Source of the DNA: a virus
Reading direction: 5' to 3' (one strand)
Virus record (IMG/VR): IMGVR_UViG_3300021962_000056
Span: 1 to 64,000 of that record
DNA: 64,000 nucleotides
How positions within the stretch are numbered: the first letter of the stretch is position 1; each line of letters starts with the position of its first letter. Of this stretch, positions 57,792-64,000 are shown one piece after another. The position numbers and the translations under genes are program-made. The notes under the pieces are model-generated. The model did no database searches and had not been told where the DNA came from. It worked only from the letters and a program-made list of their open reading frames with translations.

Positions 57792-59570
57792 TTAGGCTTC
57801 CAGAGCGGCAACACGGGCGGTGAGTTCCTGAATGGCTTTCACCAGCACAGGAATGAGGTCTTGGCGAACGGACTTGTAGGGAGTTTCGCCTTCGGGGGCG
57901 TTGTCCTTCCACTCGTCGATAAGGTTCGGGAACACCTGCTCAAACTCCTGAGCGATGAAACCCCTGTCACCTTTGATGTTCTTACCCTTACCTTCCTTCC
58001 AATCGAACTTGCGAGGCTTGAGGGCGAGAATCGCACCGAGGCCAACGTCGATGTCTTGGACGTTTTCCTTCAGTCGAGCATCGGAGATGGCCGAGATGGT
58101 CGTGTTAGTGGCGTAGACGGTTCCGCCCATTCCAACGTAGAAACGGTACGCAGCAGCACCGGATGAATAAGCGTGAAAAGTTGTAGCAACGTTGTTTGAA
58201 GAACTTTGTGTCGCAAACACTTCTCCGTTAGCCTTAAGTTCATGACCAACTGTTCCAAGTGAACCAGCCGTAGACTTCGCCACCAACAGATTCCCACTCG
58301 CATCCAGCGTCATCGCTTGGGTGAAGGCTATTGTTCCAGTATTAGCGGCAGCGGTGTACCAAGCGTGCTGTCCTGTTGCGGACTGTTCGTAAAGAGTGGC
58401 TTCGTCGTTTACGATGTAAGTAAAGTTACCAGCCGCGCTTTCGTAGACATTACGTCCGATGCAGGTAGAACCAGCGCTTGCAGCGGACGAGAAGTAGGTT
58501 CCAACCGCGCCGATCTGCAACGCTCGCTGAGTATTGCGCCACGCACTCGGCGTAACCCCCACGCCCACGTTTTGCGAAGCATCAATCGTAAGCGCTTCCG
58601 TCAGATTCGTTCGGAAAACAATCGACGTCGAATTGGGTGTGCCGATGACAAACTTAGTTCCATCGGTAAACAACTGACCCTGATAGGTGCCATTGATCGC
58701 AAATGTCTGCTGTGCAGTTCCAGCCGCAGGACAATCAATTCGGAATTGTCCAATTGTTGAAACATTTGATCCATAAGCATACAGCTTCGAAGCCGGACTT
58801 CCCCCCACGCCCAGCCCCGTGCTGTTGAGGGTCATGGCGGTGCCAGCGAATCCGCCGACGTTCTGGAACGTAAATACCCCCGTGGAGTCGATTGCAAAGC
58901 GAGTAGAAGCAGCCGTTTCGTCACTAATGGTAAGCTGCCCAGACGAATTTGAATTTACGGCAAATCTTCGCCCAGATCCACCGCTTGAGTTTAATTGAAG
59001 CTGTGCGCTATTTCCGCTGGATGCTTGAATGAACACCATTCCGAATCCAGACGCACCTTCAACTTGAATTCGTCCGTTTGTAGATCCATTGACTTGAAGA
59101 TCGTAACTCGGACTCGCCGTCCCAATACCAACACCAGTAGTCGTAGTGGCAAGTCGATTCGTCCGCACCGTCAGATCGCCGGTGATGGTGGCGGAGGCGA
59201 GGGTGGCGGTGCCGTCCACATACAACGTATCAGTAGCCTTGTCGTATGTGAAATCTTTGTCGGTTGCTAGTACTCCGTTATCATTGAAGATAACTCGCTT
59301 GTTACCAGCTACGCCATTCGGAGCCGGCGGAGCGTACAGGAACTTCATCAACTGGTTGGTGATGATCGACTCGATGTCGCTCTCGGGCTGGCGAACGATC
59401 AGGTAGAACTCGTCCCACAGTTGTTGCGTGGTCAGGTTCGGGTTAAGCGGCGTTCCGACGTTTGCGTTGGCAAGCGCGGCGGCCATTGTTGACCGAACCT
59501 CGGACAACGAGTTGAGGTTCAGGACCTGCTGAGCATCCGACAGCAGGGTTTGAATTGCGGGGGTAGCCAT
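57792..59570 (-). CDS. tail fibre with C-terminal intramolecular chaperone (peptidase S74)
   Basis: VGIGT.SP repeats; SDARLKENV...L.P..F.W...GFIAQE...LVKAIQEL. Confidence 0.8.
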   Translation of the reverse strand: MATPAIQTLLSDAQQVLNLNSLSEVRSTMAAALANANVGTPLNPNLTTQQLWDEFYLIVRQPESDIESIITNQLMKFLYAPPAPNGVAGNKRVIFNDNGVLATDKDFTYDKATDTLYVDGTATLASATITGDLTVRTNRLATTTTGVGIGTASPSYDLQVNGSTNGRIQVEGASGFGMVFIQASSGNSAQLQLNSSGGSGRRFAVNSNSSGQLTISDETAASTRFAIDSTGVFTFQNVGGFAGTAMTLNSTGLGVGGSPASKLYAYGSNVSTIGQFRIDCPAAGTAQQTFAINGTYQGQLFTDGTKFVIGTPNSTSIVFRTNLTEALTIDASQNVGVGVTPSAWRNTQRALQIGAVGTYFSSAASAGSTCIGRNVYESAAGNFTYIVNDEATLYEQSATGQHAWYTAAANTGTIAFTQAMTLDASGNLLVAKSTAGSLGTVGHELKANGEVFATQSSSNNVATTFHAYSSGAAAYRFYVGMGGTVYATNTTISAISDARLKENVQDIDVGLGAILALKPRKFDWKEGKGKNIKGDRGFIAQEFEQVFPNLIDEWKDNAPEGETPYKSVRQDLIPVLVKAIQELTARVAALEA

Positions 59571-59573
59571 AGG

Positions 59574-59978
59574 TCAGACAAATTCAGCGAACGTGTAGGA
59601 GGGGGAGCCGGTGGCCGCAGCGACGCTGATTGCGCCGATGTATCCGTCCAGCATCAAAGGGTCAGAGTGCTTAGAACCAGGGTTGTGTGGCGCAAGCGCA
59701 ATGTGGTAATCCAAGGTGCTAGCCCCGGTTCCGAACTTCACATACAACTCTTCGTTCTTCTGGTTCTGGAGCGTGAATTTCTTCCGCGCCGGGTTGGCAG
59801 CAGATGTAGCGGTTACAGTCCGCAGCCCACCCAGGCTGGTCGTGGTTAGAGGGGCACCTGGCGAAGCGGCCTGAATCTGCTGAAGCAGCGTGATGATCAT
59901 CGTCTGCTGCAAGCCAGGCTCCATGCAGTCAAAGCAGCCACCGAGCGTGGCCAATTCTTGAGGCGTCAATGCAGGCAT
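59574..59978 (-). CDS. probable virion protein
   Basis: Downstream of the capsid gene; R....LQN....LYV.FG beta-rich domain. Confidence 0.5.
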   Translation of the reverse strand: MPALTPQELATLGGCFDCMEPGLQQTMIITLLQQIQAASPGAPLTTTSLGGLRTVTATSAANPARKKFTLQNQKNEELYVKFGTGASTLDYHIALAPHNPGSKHSDPLMLDGYIGAISVAAATGSPSYTFAEFV

Positions 59979-59979
59979 A

Positions 59980-60243
59980 TCAGGCTTCCTCCTCCATATC
60001 CATGGATTCACCCTCAGCAGTATCCTCTTCCATGTCCTGCTTACCGGTCTCACCAAGCGTGATGCCGTCGAATCCGATGATCTCAACGGTGCCACGCGGC
60101 GTAACGCGCCAATCAACCATGGCGGTGCCGGAGTCGCCTTCGAGCTTCAGTTCTTTGGGCGGAGTAAACTCGACCGTTTCGACTTCAGATTCCATGCGGC
60201 CCATGCCGTCCATTTTTCGCTTCCGCATCATTTGTCCGTACAT
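59980..60243 (-). CDS. small acidic protein
   Basis: AAGGA before ATG 60243. Confidence 0.5.
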   Translation of the reverse strand: MYGQMMRKRKMDGMGRMESEVETVEFTPPKELKLEGDSGTAMVDWRVTPRGTVEIIGFDGITLGETGKQDMEEDTAEGESMDMEEEA

Positions 60244-60310
60244 CGTAAAATCCTTTCCTTGGTGAGAGGCTGCCAGCATCCCGGACGCTCCGGGCGGCTG
60301 CCAGCACCTC

Positions 60311-60340
60311 AAAAGGGGACCCTCCCGAAGGAGAGTCCCC
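60311..60340 (-). terminator. intrinsic terminator after the capsid gene
   Basis: GGGGACUCUCC-UUCG-GGAGGGUCCCC-UUUU on the minus strand. Confidence 0.85.
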
Positions 60341-60353
60341 GTTGATTGATTGG

Positions 60354-61973
60354 TTAGATCGAGAACTCCAACGTAACGTTGGTGCAAGGCACAACCTCGG
60401 TGGTCGTACCGAACGCGCTGCTAGCCAGCTGGATGACGTTGCCAGAGACAACGCTCCAAGTACCAGCAGCGGAGCCGAACTCGGCATCCCAGACAGTCTG
60501 CAAGGCGACAACAAGAGCAGCCACGTTGGCGGCGTTGATAGCCGCGCTGGTGATGTAGTTGTCGTTGCACAGGATGCTCTCATTCGCGTTCAACACGAAG
60601 TTCGTTCCACCGGTGACCGGAGTCGCCGTGAACTGAATCGTCGGATTGCAGACAGCGTTCGTGGAGTTGTAGTCCTGGGCAGGATCGCCCGGATCAGCAG
60701 CGCAGCCAGCGATAATCACAGGGCAGGCACCATTGACCTTGTGGAAGATCGCTTCAAGCCATTCCGGATGCTCAGGCTTCACGGCCAACTGGAAGTCAGC
60801 GATGAACTTGCCCTTGTTTCCACGGCTGTTGTCGATCGGTCGGCCGGAGCAGTCCGCGCCCAAGTCGTTGGTCGCGAACTTCCAACGCCCACCGTAATCC
60901 CGAACCATGAACGGCATATTCGGGTTCACGGCCTCGGGGCGGAACGGCAACACACGCAGAGCGCGGGGGTTGTTGATGTAGCTGATCTGGTACTGAGCCC
61001 GATCGTAATCACCGTTGAATTCAGAACGGATGCCTTCGCTCGCGGCGACGTTCTTGTACGGCAGGACCAAGGTGTAGTTGCCCGGGGTCGCCGTCGCGTT
61101 AAAACGCAGCGGGAATTGCAGCACCTTCACCATGAAGTCGCCGACGAAGCCCATGAAACCGAACTTGTAGAACTCCTTGGCAGCGGGAGCGAACTCACCG
61201 AAGCGCCAGGAGTCAGTCAGCTGGCTGTTGGACTTGGCGAGGTAACGGAAGGTTTCCTTGTCGGTGTGCAGCTGGAGGCTGTCGTAACCTTCCTTACCGG
61301 CCTGGATAGCACCCAGGAAGTACTGGCGGGTCACGCGACTGCGGAGAATGTCCGGAGTCAACAAGCCCAAGCTAGCAGCCGTAACAGGCGCGCTGGCGCT
61401 GTCGAGAACGCGCAGGGTGGTGTAACCAGCGCCAACCCAGGAGAACGAAATCGCCGGGAGACCCGCCTTACAAGCAAAAGCGCCGCCGCTGATGCCGGTA
61501 GGGGTGTAACCAGACAATTCCATCGCCTTGCGCTGGAGGTAGTAGGTGGTGATCCAGTTCGTCGCAGGGCGAAGAACGTCGTCGATGATCTGACGGAAGT
61601 GCTCCTTGGCCTTCGTCTTCGTCATGATCTGGTCGAAGCACAGAATGTCCGAGCCCCACGCCTGCTTTTCAAGCGAGTAGGTGCTGCGGGTGTAGCCCCA
61701 ACCGATCTTGTTTTCGGACGGGTCGCACGGCTGACCAACGCAACTGTCGCCAGTCGAGTTTTCCCAGGCGCCAGTCACGTTCGGGAACACGCTGTTGAAG
61801 CGGTCGAAACGATGGGTGGTGCCGGAGTACGCGTCGAACGATCCGGTGTTGTAGTATCCGATCAATCCGTCAAACGGACGGACATCTTTGAGAACTTCCT
61901 TGTCATACACAGGTTCCTGCGAGACGAGGAAGGAAGCGAACTGCTTACAGCTGATTACATTTCCACTGGCCAT
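60354..61973 (-). CDS. major capsid protein (probable), with a C-terminal accessory domain
   Basis: 539 aa with its own promoter, GGAG RBS and strong terminator; only candidate of suitable size; no diagnostic motif, so the call is contextual. Confidence 0.6.
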   Translation of the reverse strand: MASGNVISCKQFASFLVSQEPVYDKEVLKDVRPFDGLIGYYNTGSFDAYSGTTHRFDRFNSVFPNVTGAWENSTGDSCVGQPCDPSENKIGWGYTRSTYSLEKQAWGSDILCFDQIMTKTKAKEHFRQIIDDVLRPATNWITTYYLQRKAMELSGYTPTGISGGAFACKAGLPAISFSWVGAGYTTLRVLDSASAPVTAASLGLLTPDILRSRVTRQYFLGAIQAGKEGYDSLQLHTDKETFRYLAKSNSQLTDSWRFGEFAPAAKEFYKFGFMGFVGDFMVKVLQFPLRFNATATPGNYTLVLPYKNVAASEGIRSEFNGDYDRAQYQISYINNPRALRVLPFRPEAVNPNMPFMVRDYGGRWKFATNDLGADCSGRPIDNSRGNKGKFIADFQLAVKPEHPEWLEAIFHKVNGACPVIIAGCAADPGDPAQDYNSTNAVCNPTIQFTATPVTGGTNFVLNANESILCNDNYITSAAINAANVAALVVALQTVWDAEFGSAAGTWSVVSGNVIQLASSAFGTTTEVVPCTNVTLEFSI

Positions 61974-62207
61974 ATTGGCTCTCCTGCCCCGGGGGTTTTC
62001 TTCACCTACCCCTCCGAGACAACGAGGCAGATTGCAGGTCTGTTAAGACCATCAATCCAACCTCGGTGGCGAGCCCGAGCCGTGGAACCGGCGAACGCCC
62101 TTCGGCGCTCTTTGCCAACTGGAATAACGCGCCCAGTTCGCGCTTGGTTGACGAAACCAAGCTATGCGTCGTGGCGGAATGCTGCTAGCGCGCCTTCCGA
62201 GTGTCAA
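61974..62207 (-). promoter_or_regulatory. capsid-gene promoter and about 200-nt structured leader
   Basis: TTGACA (62207-62202)-N17-CAGCAT, followed by several hairpins. Confidence 0.55.
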
Positions 62208-62376
62208 CGGGTTTCTTGATCACCTCTGGAAGATCGTCTTCGCCCCGCAGGACATGATCCTCAATCGCAATGATCAACACCGCCGTCTTCGTGCGCCGGG
62301 ATCGAATTGCCTCATCTTCCAGCATCTGGGCGACCTCAATCGGCAGCCGGTAACTCACTCGAATTGTGTTACTCAT
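62185..62376 (-). CDS. ribbon-helix-helix regulator
   Basis: VSYRLP.EV..ML..EA....RTKT.VL..AI. Confidence 0.7.
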   Translation of the reverse strand: MSNTIRVSYRLPIEVAQMLEDEAIRSRRTKTAVLIIAIEDHVLRGEDDLPEVIKKPVDTRKAR

Positions 62377-62438
62377 GCCGGCGAGTGTGCAGCTTGTGCT
62401 TGACACGTCAAGCCGCAGAACGCAGCCTACGGCTCACG
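62377..62438. promoter_or_regulatory. divergent overlapping promoters with a palindromic operator candidate
   Basis: CTTGAC-AC-GTCAAG (62399-62412) supplies a -35 hexamer on each strand. Confidence 0.55.
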
Positions 62439-63803
62439 ATGGAACTCCGCCCCTACCAAAACCAGCTTGCTCAGGACATCCGTTCTGCATTCGGGTCCGG
62501 CGCCAAGCGGCCGCTGGCGGTCAGCCCCACTGGATCCGGCAAGACGGTTCTCTTCAGCTACATCACCAGCCAGGTCCTCAAACGCGGATCCCGGGTGATC
62601 ATCGTGGCGCATCGGAAGGAAATCCTTGAGCAGATCAGCGCGACTTTGAAACGCGTCAACGTGCCGCACGGATTTATCCAGTCTGGTAAATTCATGGCTC
62701 AACAATCTGCCATGGTCGCCTCGATTCAGACCCTTGCGCGCCGGCTGGATACGGTCACTCCTCCAGACCTCGTTATCATCGACGAAGCGCATCACTCGGT
62801 CTCCAAGTCCTACGTCCAGATGTTCGCCGCATGGCCGAAAGCCAAGTTCATCGGCGTCACGGCCACCCCTGAACGACTCGATGGCAAGGGCCTCGGCGTC
62901 ATGTTCGACCGCATGGTCATGGGGCCGTCGGTCCAGTGGCTCATCGACAACGGATTCCTGGCCAAGCCGGTCTACTACGCACCTCGCGAAGCTGTGGATC
63001 TCAGCCAAGTCCACACGATCGCCGGCGACTTCGACCGCTCCGAGGCCGAGGAAGTCGTGAACACGCCGCGCATCACTGGCGATGCCGTCACCCATTACGT
63101 CCGGTTCTGCAATCGGCAGCGCGCAGTGGCGTTCTGCATCTCAGTGGCGCACGCGCAGCAGGTCGCCGATACGTTCAACTCCTGCGGGATTCCGGCTGCT
63201 AGCATCGACGGAACACTGGAACCCGAGGTTCGCAAGCAGCGCGTCGATGATCTCACAGCTGGTAAGATTCTTGTCCTGACCTCCTGCGAACTGATCTCCG
63301 AGGGCTTCGATCTGCCGACAGTCAACGCGGCGATTCTTCTCCGGCCTACGCAGTCGCTGTCAATGCACCTGCAACAGGTCGGGCGCGCTCTTCGGCCGTA
63401 CCCAGGCAAGACCCACGCGGTCATCCTTGATCACGTCGGGAACTGCCTGCGCCATGGGCTGGCTGAGCAGGAACGCGAGTGGGACCTCGAAGGCCGCGAG
63501 AAGCGCAAGGCCAAGTCACGCCCCGTTGAAACCAAGCAGTGCTCGAAGTGCTTCGCGATCTTCGCCGGAACCGCCTGCCCGCAGTGCGGATCCGCACGGG
63601 AGATCGCCCCTCGGGAGATCGAAGAAGTCGATGGCGAACTCCAGCGACTGTCCATCGAGGACATCCAAAAGAAACGAGATGAACGCCGCGAAGAAGGAAA
63701 GTGCAAAACCTTGGACGATTTTCGTTCCCTCGCCGCAAAACGTGGCTACAAACCGGGATGGGCTTACTTCCGCTGGAAGGCCCGCCAACGTACATCTCTA
63801 TGA
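62439..63803 (+). CDS. SF2 DEAD/DEAH helicase with C-terminal zinc ribbon
   Basis: LRPYQ, PTGSGKT, DEAH, TATP.R.DG, EGFD.P, QQVGR.LR, CxxC..CxxC. Confidence 0.9.
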   Translation: MELRPYQNQLAQDIRSAFGSGAKRPLAVSPTGSGKTVLFSYITSQVLKRGSRVIIVAHRKEILEQISATLKRVNVPHGFIQSGKFMAQQSAMVASIQTLARRLDTVTPPDLVIIDEAHHSVSKSYVQMFAAWPKAKFIGVTATPERLDGKGLGVMFDRMVMGPSVQWLIDNGFLAKPVYYAPREAVDLSQVHTIAGDFDRSEAEEVVNTPRITGDAVTHYVRFCNRQRAVAFCISVAHAQQVADTFNSCGIPAASIDGTLEPEVRKQRVDDLTAGKILVLTSCELISEGFDLPTVNAAILLRPTQSLSMHLQQVGRALRPYPGKTHAVILDHVGNCLRHGLAEQEREWDLEGREKRKAKSRPVETKQCSKCFAIFAGTACPQCGSAREIAPREIEEVDGELQRLSIEDIQKKRDERREEGKCKTLDDFRSLAAKRGYKPGWAYFRWKARQRTSL

Positions 63804-64000
63804 CCGAATCCGAACTCCAAGCCCTGATCCTCCGCGCAGCTGGATCGAAATCCCACGTCCGCGTCTTCCGCAACCAAGTCGGGGAGGGCTACGTCGGCAA
63901 GGCTCTCCGCGATCCTGAAGGCGTCTTCCTGCACGACGCCCGCCACGTTCGCATGGGATTATTCCCGGGCTCTGGTGACCTGATCGGCTGGCGCACGGTT
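63800..64000 (+). CDS. VRR-NUC-like nuclease (3' partial)
   Basis: MTESELQ..I.......FRN.VG...GL..GS.DLIGW. Confidence 0.7.
   Translation, partial: MTESELQALILRAAGSKSHVRVFRNQVGEGYVGKALRDPEGVFLHDARHVRMGLFPGSGDLIGWRTV

Noticed and set aside
60342-62219. 625-aa plus-strand ORF antisense to the capsid gene
   Set aside because: Shadow ORF produced by codon bias on the coding strand; no motifs, and the promoter, RBS and terminator all support the minus strand.
1-64000. tRNA/rRNA genes, integrase, DNA or RNA polymerase, reverse transcriptase/DGR, alternative genetic code
   Set aside because: None recognised by eye. Genes tile densely under the standard code with no systematic internal stops.

Overview
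This window is tailed-phage DNA with a podovirus-like layout and no host housekeeping genes. It contains two diverged but clearly homologous virion-morphogenesis modules in mirror orientation. Module A (about 1-22.3 kb) runs lysis/basic microproteins > < scaffold < glycan-enzyme cassette < portal < Cys-rich protein < TerL, then divergently tail fibre > tail tube B > tail tube A > citrate-synthase-like + sulfotransferase-like > three ejection-type proteins. Module B (about 32.2-62 kb) has the same order reversed, plus a 2456-aa internal protein, a pectate-lyase-like spike, an S74 tail fibre and the only major capsid gene in the window. Between the modules is a minus-strand recombination/replication block: RecT-like, ExoVIII-like, an array of short ORFs joined by a repeated 'KEAKP*/GTG' junction, SF2 helicase, SSB, PAPS-reductase-like, RuvC-like and primase-helicase. 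A second replication block (RHH, SF2 helicase, VRR-NUC) begins at the right edge. The sequence alone cannot distinguish a genuine two-virion genome from two related phages joined by recombination or mis-assembly; the repeat array at 28.4-30.1 kb is the most likely joint. Other highlights are a small basic gene overprinted inside the giant protein, a glycosylase-like domain in that protein, a structured capsid mRNA leader and near-leaderless promoters. All product calls come from motifs recognised by eye; no searches were run.
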